This document shows, one piece after another, positions 26,901-37,194 of a stretch of 64,000 nucleotides of DNA. Numbering within the stretch: the first letter of the stretch is position 1; each line of letters opens with the position of its first letter. The notes under the pieces were generated by a model, which saw only the letters and a program-made list of their open reading frames with translations, had not been told where the DNA came from and did not search any database. The stretch comes from Enoplolaimus lenunculus (Eukaryota). The stretch is from positions 186,001 through 250,000 of the forward strand of contig JASANG010001881.1 of NCBI GenBank assembly GCA_030248215.1. The letters run 5' to 3'. The position numbers were made by a program, and so were the translations under genes.

Positions 26901-27121
26901 AGCAAAAATATTGAACAGACATAATTGCTTTAGAATATAGCTTAGATTCATGCAAATTTTGCCATTTCGTCAAAAATTAGCATATTCGTTTACTAAAAAA
27001 CGACAGAAATTATGCATAATTTCTGTTAAACATTAGTAAATATATATTAGCTTTTGCTAACGTGTATGAGGTCGTACAACACTTTGCAATCTTCCAAAGA
27101 ACAAGCGGTGATAACATCCAT
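17953..27121 (-). CDS. Tandem (two-domain) SSAT/SAT2-like GNAT N-acetyltransferase, 314 aa. Exons (minus): 27121-27062, 26030-25979, 25575-25498, 24935-24793, 23880-23740, 21900-21820, 21040-21004, 19212-19141, 18528-18392, 18096-17953
   Basis: GT-AG introns with compatible phases, total 945 nt. Domain 1: MDVITACSLEDCKVLYDLIHELATFEKLEH...IIGYCIMY...LFMEDLYIRSEFRRRGFGHRMF...WSVLDWNLPAIDFYKKLGAQLLDG. Domain 2: KYTIERVTPSALSDLVF...VVGCLFGYKGYSTFVGAVLLIDLIYVQPNWRRMGIGRTLL...WEASVKFSERIGAVDLLKAEGWTDYSLNIS*. Both align end to end with the diamine/thialysine acetyltransferase (SAT1/SAT2) pattern, including motif A (R-x-x-G-x-G). Confidence 0.88.
20084..20859. mobile_element. MITE with AGGGTGGCG[G/A]TATACTT TIRs, expanded by an internal minisatellite
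   Basis: AGGGTGGCGGTATACTT at 20084 and AAGTATATCGCCACCCT ending 20859; relatives with [A]GGGTTGCGCTATACT ends at ~10848-11086, 20936-20981, 55139-55337, 62696-62776. Confidence 0.8.
20171..20823 (+). repeat. GC-rich minisatellite, ~32 x 20 bp (GGACGGTGACACGGGGCATC)
   Basis: About 30 near-identical units 20211-20820 plus degenerate units at the left edge. Confidence 0.98.
21202..21463 (-). mobile_element. piggyBac-type MITE with tRNA-like cassette (GNAT gene intron)
   Basis: TTAA|CCCTTTTTCACAT ... AAAGGG|TTAA; reverse complement contains GCTCCTATAGCTCAGTAGTCATCGTAAACGCCTCCCACACGAGAGAC...GGGATCGAATC. Further partial or degenerate copies at ~8365-8562, 16471-16678, 41928-42130, 46110-46320. 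Confidence 0.85.
23496..23659. mobile_element. hAT-like MITE (~165 bp, 8-bp TSD)
   Basis: TIR consensus CAGGCCCGTAGCCA; perfect TSD caaatacg (23488-23495, 23660-23667). Copies at 19543-19712 (ggaagcag/gggagcag), 53356-53527 (agcctgat/agtctgat), ~21598-21756, 26327-26440, 58440-58610. Confidence 0.85.
24031..24307. mobile_element. PIF/Harbinger-like MITE (TTA TSD, AGCCCTATTCACACGTG TIR)
   Basis: TTA|AGCCCCATTCATACGTGC ... GCACGTGTGAATAGGGCT|TTA; TGCA-rich interior. Copies at ~5796-6061, 40492-40765, 59210-59435, partial 56320-56661, 7620-7680. Confidence 0.85.
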
Positions 27122-27191
27122 TTTGCTGACACGACAAAAACAAATCAATAAATAAACTTGATGGAAAATTATTTCTAAAACTATATACCTA

Positions 27192-27627
27192 CTGTAGTGA
27201 CCCGAATATGAGGAGGGACTGATATTTATTTGGCCTCTCCAGAGGGTGCCTTCCTGTTATTCGGTTAAGGACTGTTAGTTATTTTTAACCCACGCTCCAC
27301 CACCCTTCGTTACTGATATGTATCCGGTACTGCAGTTATCCGTTGAAGAAACGTTCATTTGTCTTGTGTCGACAGCGTGAGTGATAATGCAAGGTTATAC
27401 TTTGGAGTGTACTTTCAAAACTTAAGTGCGCTTTGAAGTTTCGCACTCAATTTTATTTGGTCCTGGAGTCATTTATACACTACAATTGGGATAATTGACA
27501 TTTATGGACTCTAATTAGGGTTTAGGGACTCTATCCGCTTACGGACACTAGGCATACAGACTCCTACTGATTAGGACTCAAAATGGCGACCCTCCTCTTA
27601 TTCCCCCTCTTATTCGGGTCACTACAG
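27192..27627. mobile_element. TA-target MITE with CTGTAGTGACCCGAATAAGAGGGG TIRs (~435 bp; Tc1/mariner-pogo-like)
   Basis: TIR pair at both ends; copies at 7007-7443 (TA duplicated, inserted into a TTAGGC repeat), ~21940-22363, 27848-28120, 42434-42873, 54088-54470, 61035-61360, 62110-62553. Confidence 0.9.
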
Positions 27628-29848
27628 CAATTTATATCTCCGACAAACCATTGATATTAACCATTTCTCACATGAATGTATTAAATTTTTATACTCTCAA
27701 AACAACTATTGAACACTGTGTATTGGGTACGGATTAGTTTGTACACAGTTTGCGCCAGAGATGGAACAGGCCAGGAACCGCGAAAACAGCGCGTAGCCCG
27801 AGCCACCTTCAAAACTTCTTTTCGTGTTCTATTCAAAATTTGAATACTGTAGTGACCCGAATAAGCGGAGACTCATATTTATTCGACCTCTCAAAAGGGT
27901 ACCACCCCTGTTATTCGGTTACGAAATGCATATTTTGAACCCGTCTTTCGTTACTGTTATATATCCAGTATTGCAAATAACGTTGAATTAAACTTCATTT
28001 GTCTTGTATCAAAAACTTGAGTGATAACGCGTGACATTTATGGACTCTAATTGAGGTTTAGTGACTATCAGCTGACGGACTCTTATTAGGGATACGGACT
28101 CCTATTAATTGCGACTCAAAAACAGAAATATGTTTATCGTTTTACACTAAATACTAATTGTACTGTTTCCAACAACAGCCGACAGCCCATTTGCATAACC
28201 GTAAAACAAAACATAATTTGCTTTTACTTAAAAATTTAAAGTGAACAAAACAAATATACAATTCAAAAACAGACAACATCAACTCCATCTATTTGATAAA
28301 AAATAGTCAAACCTATCCAATACAGCGATTTAACTTTACTAATATATGCACCAGCTTAATTCAAATTCTATACTTATTGTCGTTTTTAAACTACTGAAGC
28401 ACGAACAACATAATGGCTACAATTTCCAGCTATCCAGCATATGATACGAGAACCTACGTATTTAAAGTTTACTAAAACATCTGAATAACTTCTAAGTATT
28501 AATTTTACGTTAAGCAGTACCATAATAGCGCCGTTCTCGAAAATTTCGCTGCGAATGCGGTGGGACTTGAACCCACAAATCTCGACAACATAAACATCAT
28601 ATGCAAAATCATATTTCGCTTCCAAACCTACGTGTTACTACTCAAAACAAGCGCCATTAAATAATACTAAGATACAGAGCACATTGTATATTCACAGAAT
28701 AATAATCGACTGCATTCATGTTCGCTGAAGCTGGATATTCAACCGGAACCCAATTACGCTGCCAGAAATTGATTCAAGTTTAAAATTCGCATAAATTCAA
28801 GCACAAAGGGACTGAATTGCGGGTTCCATACTGTACAATTCAATCGCTACTAAAATTCTTAGTTGTGAGTCCGTATTCTCAAATGTGTGTAGCACCTATC
28901 ATTAGTTGGTGATAGGTCCTGTAACTTTCGAACCAGCGCATGGTGAGATTCAAATTTCAGCACACTGTTCGCGTTTGAGTTGCCATACTTCTGCAACAGT
29001 GTTGAGATCTGCAATTACAGATGCTCGTTACAATTTGGAAACCAATCGCTAACTGAAGATAGGTGCTATACGCATTTGAGAATATGGGTCCTAGACGGGT
29101 AGTTTGCGTTATAACTGTGGCAACCCGAATACCTGTTTTGTCCCATGTTGATTCGAGGTCAACATGAAAACACTGAATTAACATCTAAGTTTGCGCTATC
29201 GTCGAACATTTTCTTAAAACACTGTTCTAAGTGCAAATAACTCACATTGCATGATTTAGTATCATGATATTGACAGACAATACAACGAATATCATATGAC
29301 GTTTCAGTACTGGTGTTTATCTTATTACGATAGCAGACAACTCCAAATTTTTTAATTAAATAGCGGGAACACGTGCAGAATAGATATTAAACGCTATTGT
29401 AATAGTAATGAAATCAATTTCATCTTTCGTTCAGCTATATTATACACCAAAGAAAAAGACTACAATACAAGATAAACACACCAAACAACGTATGCAACCA
29501 AGTATAAAGTGATCGTAATTTTTGCCAAGCCAAATTAAAGCAGTGACAATCAAAGCAAAATCCTAGCCTCGGCGAATGTGTATTTTAGAATTTACTCTGT
29601 TTTTGTAACTGCGACCATCGTAAGCGTTCCGATATGTAGTTGTCTAAATCATGTGCTCTCGGTCATGGGGATATAACAAGCACCGCACATGGACTACACT
29701 GACCCCTTTCAACAACTTTTTTTGATTTACGTACTCACATTAAAAATATACAATGCCTCCTACGTTCTTTAATCATGTCAAAAACGACAACCCAAGGCTT
29801 GAAGGAAAAGGCTATACCCAGTATCGAAAAACCAATCACTATCCAAAC

Positions 29849-31183
29849 CTACTTAAACATCCCTTTGAACTGCTGTTTCATTTCTGCATTTTTTTCGCGC
29901 TCGTTCTCATCTAACTTCGCCATTTCCTCGGCGACCAACTTTGCCATTGCAGGCTTAACCTCTCTTAACCGTTCCCAGTCCTTCCGCGCGGCGGCAAAAT
30001 CCCAAACGGCGCCGTACGCCTTTGCCCTTCGATACAACGCCTTATCATTGTCCGGATCTCTCCCTAGCGCTTCGTTACAAGCCTGTACACAATCGTAATA
30101 CTCGGCTAATTTTAGCTTACATTGAGCAATGTTTAAGTAATAAACTAACTTTGCGGTGTCCAGCTCACGCCACGTTTCATCATTAGGGCGTTCTTTAAGC
30201 ATTAAGTTGTCAAGCCGAGATAGACCATCGATATACATCTTACAAGCACCTTCAAAATCGTTTGTTTTAAATTTCGCTCTGGCCTCATCGCGTAAAGCAG
30301 GCAGCGAAGCTAACACATCGTCATCTTTAAGCTGCCACGATTCAGGCTTATAATCTTCAGGGAATTCAACGTCGATTAGCTCAAACGTAAAATCAATTGC
30401 CTGCGGAGGGTTGGACATTAGGCTATCAAGTACCGGATAACCCAGGCCCACTTGAGCCGCCATGCCACCACACATACTGTGTCGTACTGGAGGATCATTA
30501 GCGTGCCCAGGTAGCTTTGACTTGGCAATATCGCGTAATTGTTTAGCTACGAATGGATACTCATATAGCTCTGGTGCTGGTAGCGTGAACCGAGCAACTT
30601 CGGTTTTTCGCATTGTTTTCAAACAAGCTTCCCATGCGATCACCTAAACATTAAAAACACGGGTAAAACCAAATTATATCAAAACCGCTGCTAAAAGTGT
30701 ACTTATTCGTTGCATAACAAAATTTTTTTCGTTAAAATACGTATAAAGCACAAAAACACAAATATGTCATGCCTCAAACGGCTAGTTGTCTGCTTTGGAA
30801 ACTGGAACGTCCTAAACGTCAACTGTTGTTCAAGATAGCACAAACAACGGCTGAAATGAAAGCTCATTTTGGCTGGTTGATCTCTGTTTGAATTTGTTTG
30901 TTTATAGAGCTTAAATATTGACTATGTGTAAAAATTCACCAGCTAATATACACCATCAACCTGCGCTTAAAAATGTACCGAGATATACCTTAAACTTTTT
31001 GCCAACCACCAGTTCCATAGGCTGTCCGTAGCCGTCTGGATATGGTTTCCGACTATCATCAACCACTGTACCATCCGGTAGTTCCGCTTTATAATTGAAC
31101 ACCAATCTAGAACCATCCGGATATTCTGGTATTGTCGAGTTAGCTAATTTGCAAGCATAAAGTATCTTTTTGCCATACATCAT
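29849..31183 (-). CDS. AIP: AH receptor-interacting protein (AIP/AIPL1 family; FKBP-like domain + TPR), ~329 aa; exons 31183-30989 and 30643-29849
   Basis: Exon 1 MMYGKKILYAC...PEYPDGSRLVFNYK...VVDDSRK...GQPMELVVGKKFK (|gtatat) joins in phase 0 to (tgtttag|) VIAWEACLKTMRKTEVARF...YPFVAKQLRDI...TFELIDVEFPEDYKPESWQL...LNIAQCKLKLAEYYDCVQACNEALGRDPDNDKALYRRAKA...FKGMFK*; these are characteristic AIP motifs. Confidence 0.95.
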
Positions 31184-31724
31184 GCACGGAACAGGCGTTA
31201 AATTTGAAAAAAAGCCGAACGCTAGAACCAAATTATAATATATACGTATACTCGTATTAAATTATAGCAACCAAAACACGCCTTCACAGAATCTATCGCA
31301 ACCTGTTTGGTCAAAGATACCATCCATTAAAACGGTGTGTTTCAGAACACAATATATTTAGACAAATGAGAAGTCAAAAAGAGTGCAGTTATTTACAAAC
31401 AACACCTTATTTCTCAAAGTGCCAACCAATAAGTAAGAATGCAGTTGCTTCGAAACGCCACACACGTGGTCAAAAGCGTCAATCGCCAGCCAACAAAAAT
31501 GTAATTGCTTGAATATGCGACGAGCTTGAGCCCAACTATCAACCAATTAGAAATCAATTACTTCAAAGCACCACACAAGTTTTACTTCAAAGCGCCACAC
31601 CAGTTACCGCTATCCTCCAGTAAATAAAAATGCAGAAACTGCAAAAACGCTACGTGATTGGTCTAGATTATAAACCAAAAAGAATGCAGTTTGTTTAAGA
31701 CGCGCAGGTGCGTCCACAACAAAT

Positions 31725-32030
31725 TTACTTCAGCACCGTCAATGAACCAACATTAGTCGAAGCGGAGACTTTCGCTTTAGCATCACTTTCAATTTTTTCA
31801 TTCAAAGCCTTCGTAATTGCAGTTTGAAATTTTGCTTCCAATAATTTCTTCGGATTTTTGGTGGCAATTTGACCACGTTGGCCCTTTTTCGGAGCAATTC
31901 CTTTCGACTGGTGATGTTGATTACTTGTTTTTCTATTTGAATTAGCGGTGGTTTTCTTCAACGATTTTGTTTTTATTGACGAAATTGTAGTTTTTTGCTT
32001 ACTTTTAGCTTTTAATTTATGTTGAGCCAT
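31725..32030 (-). CDS. C19orf53: Small Lys-rich protein of the UPF0390/DUF2462 family (C19orf53 / Leydig cell tumor 10 kDa protein-like), 101 aa, intronless
   Basis: MAQxKLK start, basic middle, PKKGxxxxIAxK, K..L...K.Q..IT..LN.KIE...K and C-terminal L.VLK match my recollection of the family pattern; clean ATG-to-stop ORF free of repeats. Confidence 0.8.
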   Translation of the reverse strand: MAQHKLKAKSKQKTTISSIKTKSLKKTTANSNRKTSNQHHQSKGIAPKKGQRGQIATKNPKKLLEAKFQTAITKALNEKIESDAKAKVSASTNVGSLTVLK

Positions 32031-32635
32031 ATTTATTATTCATTAGCTTTTGGCGTCGATCCAGTAGGACGCAAAGTAAACAGGTAACAGTCATTAACGA
32101 TATCGGACACGGTCACAACTGTTGATGAACCAAGGCTTATACATATGCTAGACGCTTGCTAGAATGCTAAAACAACCATATATACATGCTGTATTTAAAA
32201 ACGCAATTTTCTTGGCAGGTTCCCATTTTAATTCAAGTGATATTCTGTTTCACTAATTCTTCAAACGTATTTAAAAAATCTTTCCGAATAATACGCGTTT
32301 CAAAATCACAAACCTTATCACAATGTTGGCACTCCTTCGTTATAGGGCCAAAAATTAAAAAAACGAAAAAATTGTAAAAATAAATGGTTTGAGAATATAA
32401 ACTGGAAAAATCAATTTTAAGCAACAAATAACAACAACTTTTTCAGTCTATCTGCTATGTTCTTAATAGTATGTGCGCAAAAACCACAGTGGATGAAGCT
32501 ATGCATGTGGTTCTAACATTTTTTTGCTTTCTGCGTAGAATCAAAAATCACTGTCGGTATATGTGCATGTAAGTGTATGTAAAGCAAATGTTGCCATGCC
32601 TGTGCACATATACCGGTATAAGAAGTTGTTGCAAC

Positions 32636-32900
32636 GACCGCGTAGTGTAGTGGTAGCATGCTTGGCTCGAGCGCAAGAGAGCCGAGGTTCGATTCCCGGC
32701 TTGGTCACTAACTTTGGGCAAAACTTCAAACGGGGGTCGTGCAGACCGTATAGTACCAACAATCACCTAGCCCAGAAACGTTCAATAACTGGATAGGGTT
32801 ACCTTCAAAGAACTCATGTGGCAAAATCAATCAGGTCCGATAAAAAATAGCTGAAACCCAGTCGACCGGAGGTCTGAACATATGTGACTAGTGCGACAGC
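32636..32900 (+). mobile_element. tRNA-derived SINE-like element or tRNA pseudogene (tRNA-like head 32636-32707)
   Basis: GACCGCG-TAGTGTAGTGG (A box)...CTTGG-CTCGAGC-GCAAG...GGTTCGATTCC (B box)...CTTGGTCA; cloverleaf has mismatches in acceptor, anticodon and T stems and no oligo-T terminator follows, so unlikely a functional tRNA. The 3' boundary is a guess. Confidence 0.6.
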
Positions 32901-33289
32901 AAAATTTACAAAATGCCATTAATATGTGAATACTATTTATTTACAATTTAAGTTCCGCCAATAACAGAACTACTCCGATAGTCATGGTCGCCCTTTGTTT
33001 GTGAATATGACTTTTGCGCACGAACGAGCAAAACACACATATTGTACATGTGTAAAACCAAAACAGTTGATTTTTGACTATAGCCGGATATTGACCGGAT
33101 ATAACACCCTTGTGTGCAAGTGTTAGAAATTATTTGAGTCGGTCAAAAGTATACATTTGGTTGAATGCTGAGTTGAAATTGGTTGGAAGCTTGGATTTTT
33201 CATTTTTGCTTCAGTGTGAAAAAGTTGAGCTTCTGGACTTTTAAATATTTCCACTTGCAAAAAGAACATTTCGGATATTAAACCGAATC

Positions 33290-33430
33290 CGGATACATCC
33301 CGCCGCACAAACCCTCGATATATATGCTAGTTTACCAAATATCTCCACTTCTTTACCGTGATATATCCCGTCGCACAAACCCTCGATATAAATATGCTAG
33401 TTTACCAAATATCTCCACTTCTTTACCGTG
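33290..33430 (+). repeat. Tandem duplication, 2 x ~70 bp
   Basis: GATAYATCCCGYCGCACAAACCCTCGATATA..TATGCTAGTTTACCAAATATCTCCACTTCTTTACCGTG occurs twice head to tail. Confidence 0.9.
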
Positions 33431-36248
33431 TGCTATACCTAGCTAAGTGATTTCACTAAATCATATAACATAGTGATTGTTCAATTTGTCATATGTGAGT
33501 AGGGACCGTTTTCAGTTAATGTGTCCTCCACGTTTAATAACCTTTAAATGCAAAAATTGTACACCCTTTTCTGAACAACTCTTCTTTTATACCAACATTG
33601 TCTGCGGATTATTTGAAGTATTCTCAGTGGAGGTGAGACCCACGACGCTAACAGAACTCCCTAAAAAGGCATTTTGATTTGTCACAACTCTCACTGTACA
33701 GTGTTTGTTTTTCACATGGTCTCTAGGAAAGGGCTTCTAAAATCTATACTTAAAAGCATGTTGCAAATACGTGTTATGCTAAATATATGTGTGTTTTGTT
33801 TTTCTTCAAATCCATTACTTTTTTAGAAAGGGCGTGGTTTCTGGCACGACATTCATTCTACAGAATCAGGGAAGTACATTCTCAGCATTGTACAAAATTT
33901 CAAGTTTAGGACTACAGTGCTGCTTTGTACCCCTAAAATTTATAGTACTCAAAGCTTTTAATACATGCATATCCGATGCGTGAAGGTTTAAGGTTAAGTC
34001 TTACTTAGAATATACAATAGTTATAACAGATGCATTTTATTACGATTTCGTGTGTGAATCAATTTATTTTGTGTGTAGTTCTTACGGAGGGAGAGGGAGT
34101 AGGGACAAAACGGACACTGTTTGAACAAAGTGTCTGTACAATAAGAGTCGCTTCGGACAGACTGTGTATCGTTAAACAGAGTCCCCTTTCATATGATCTG
34201 TATTAGCACAGCCTCTTGTGACAGAACGAAAACAAAGCATCTATCCTTATAACGTATTGACAAAGTTCTATGTGAGGGTTTTCAGTTGTTTGGTTGGTGT
34301 GCACTGTATGTGGGTGCCTTTTGGCTGTCTCAGCAGAAAATCGACCTCGTTTTCCGGCTTCTGCTTCAGTAAAACTTTTGCCAGAGGCTTCGGCAATTTC
34401 GGTAGTGAAATTTTGCATAGTTCCACAACATTAATCTATTTGGCGTGTTTATGCAAAAAGGTGCTCCATATTCTTTTAGGAGTATATGGAAGTATCATCA
34501 TGTTCCAAGGATATTTCGGCTTAGGGTTTTTTAGGCTCCTTCAACCTAAAGTTCACGTTAAAGTAAAAATGGCTCATGCATCGGAAGTTTTAAAATTTTG
34601 GTTCAATTTCGTAATTTATATTTCATTTCGAGCAATTACAGCATATCTGTAACAAAAAATTGCGAGATATATACGAGATTTATTATAACTAGGTTTGAAA
34701 AACAAAAATAACAGAATGTTGTTATTTCTATAACGGGAACGAAAACAAAAAAGGACACAGATTTTTACTGCAAACGGACACGGATTTCCGGTTGCATCCT
34801 GAAAATATATAACCTAACAGGTACAATTTGACGTGACGCGTCTATGATTTGCGAACTATAAAGACAGTCACTGTCTGTACTGCAATATCATATGACGTTC
34901 GAAATACTGTCTGTCAGTATTATGCCGGGCCTACAATAAAAAGTGACACGGTGGTGAAAAATTTCCAGCCATTCCGACTAAAGGAATGAACGAATTTATA
35001 AAAATTATTCTATTTCAGTTTTTAAACTGAAATTTTAAATTATTCGATAAACTTACTACAAGACAAACTGTCCAATACATTCATTTTCAATTCGCGACAG
35101 TGTATTCATGAATTGTGAAACACAGCAAGCAGGAATTGGACTATTTTAAACTTTGTAATTTCAAAAGCAGGTTTTAATAGATATTCTTAAAGTTTAATTA
35201 CCCGGAATGGATTTTTAGCTTAGTGCACGTAAACAAGAGGAATAGAATCGCGTTTATGCGTAGTCTGAAATTTAATTAAATTGTAGATCCGTATACAAAA
35301 TTTGACTTTATATGCAATAAATGTTTCATACACTGTAAATTTCAGTGAGTTGATTTTAACTCAGTATGAAATGAGTCACGCAGTCTGAGTAAGGACTATC
35401 GGAACTCAGATTTTGAACCTGATTCAATTCATTCTGAGTTAATTAATCAACCGACCCAAAGTCAACTAAACTCAGAATAAGAATCAACTCAACTCAGAGT
35501 GAGTTAATGCTTACTGATATTAATTCAGAAATAACCAACTCGCTAGCTGAATTGATTAATCAACTCATTGAAATTTACAGTGTAGCTTCAAGGAATTGAA
35601 ATATTTGCAGAAACATCCAATTCGTGTTGAGCAGGGTACATTTTAGTTTAATACTAGTTTACAAATCGACGATAGCCAATAGCGGCCATACTCTCAGCCT
35701 GAATTGTGCAAACTAGCGAATCAACTGCAGTTGAATTGAAGTTTAGTTGAAAAAGTTACGGTACCTAAACCAGCCTAAATGCACTTTAAAATGTCATATA
35801 AATACTAAAACTTGATATTTGAAGTAGCTGTACTTATAAATGTATTCAAAGAAGATTGAAAAATTCTGTCTCAAACAGTAATGTATAACCTATACCCAGC
35901 ATTCCATTTTGTTTAACACATCCATTATCTATTTTTTACTTTTTAGTGCAAATTGCCTTGTCCTGCACAAATCTTGTGATATTTACAACAATTTTCGAAT
36001 ATCATATGATATTTGTGTAACTGCCGCGTTGCATCATGTGACATTATGCCCGCAACGATGATTATTTGAGATCACTGATTTGTGAGCTAATGTCATGTGA
36101 CATTCACATTTTGTTGTCATACCCGCTATATATCGCACAAAATTTTATGTCGACGTCGAATCAACATGGATTAAACTTTTCCGGGTTGCCCCGGTTAACG
36201 TTAACTCCAAATAAATCTGAAATATGTACGTTGTCCACTAAATAATAT

Positions 36249-36585
36249 CAAGAGTGGATGATAACTCTTTATAACAAGAGTGTGCGACTGGGTACATTCT
36301 GTGTATTAAAGAATGTACCCGGCACGCGCTGCGTTTTTTGCCTACACCCCTTGTTTAGGGAGGGGGGTCTGTATGCAGTTTTATATCATAGTAATGCTAG
36401 GAGCAAATTGTAACCCCCCTTGTTTAAGGGGGAAAGGTGTACTGAAGCCTATTTAATCTTTTGCTTAAACCCCCCTGATTGAGGGCGTCGAACAAAAATG
36501 CAACGCGTGCTGGTACATTCTTTAATACACAGAATGTACCCAGTTGCACACTCTTGTTTTTATAAAGAGTGATTATCCACTCTTG
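36249..36585. mobile_element. Long-TIR foldback MITE with CAAGAG ends and 7-bp TSD (P/Galileo-like)
   Basis: CAAGAGTGGATGATAACTCTTTAT...GGGTACATTCTGTGTATTAAAGAATGTACC mirrored at the right end (~90-bp TIR); TSD ataatat at 36242-36248 and 36586-36592. Partial copies at ~44135-44396, 53745-53983, 25031-25085, 25853-25910. Confidence 0.8.
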
Positions 36586-37004
36586 ATAATATCGAGTATT
36601 TTTGAAGATATAGGTATATTTTCCCAATATAGAACATTTTGAAATGGTCGCCCGTTTATTGGCAACCAAATCGCTGTTCGACTCAAACTAAAGACTGCCG
36701 CAAACTATTAATCAACAAAGGCAAAACGGCTGTGAACTGATACTGTTTATGTATTTACGTCAAATTTGTGCTTGAATTTACGTAGATTTTGTTGCATTTG
36801 ACTGTATTTTTGTCAGCTTTTACCTTAGAAAACTAATTATTAGGTTGCTAATCAGTGTAAAGTTTGCCTTGAGCGTTTCGATTACTGCTGTATATTAATA
36901 ATAAACAGCTCAATTTGTAAGCTAATTTTTCACCCAATTGATTTTTCTCGTTTTTTCGATGCTATGAATAGCTTCTATTTTCCAATCATGTCAATTGCGC
37001 TCTG

Positions 37005-37194
37005 AGCCCATGTACAGTAGCATAAGTAAGCATATTCCTAAGCCTAAGCCTAAGCCTAAGCTTATGGATGAGCCTATTCTTAAGCCTAAGCCTAAGCCTA
37101 AACCGTAGCCTAAACAAAAAATTAGTCTAAAGTTGAAACTGACTCTATTATAGCCTCTCCGGAAACCGATCCGGCCCTGCTCTATACATGGGCC
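37005..37194. mobile_element. TTAGGC-containing MITE, subfamily B (GGCCCATGTATAG TIR)
   Basis: Ends AGCCCATGTACAG / CTATACATGGGCC; TSD gcgctctg / gctctctg (7/8); GCCTAA core. Related copies at ~4962-5156, 14013-14185, 16965-17235, 39672-39813, 45922-46100, 52955-53130. Confidence 0.8.

Noticed and set aside
28545..28660. tRNA-like T arm on the minus strand (GTGGGTTCAAGTCCCAC)
   Set aside because: No matching acceptor, D or anticodon stems could be built; at most a decayed tRNA/SINE relic.
29775..30647. Plus-strand ORFs 29775-30098, 30156-30353, 30462-30647
   Set aside because: Antisense shadows of the AIP coding exon.
34218..34652. 144-aa plus-strand ORF
   Set aside because: GTG start, no motif or splice support, composition typical of non-coding AT-rich DNA.
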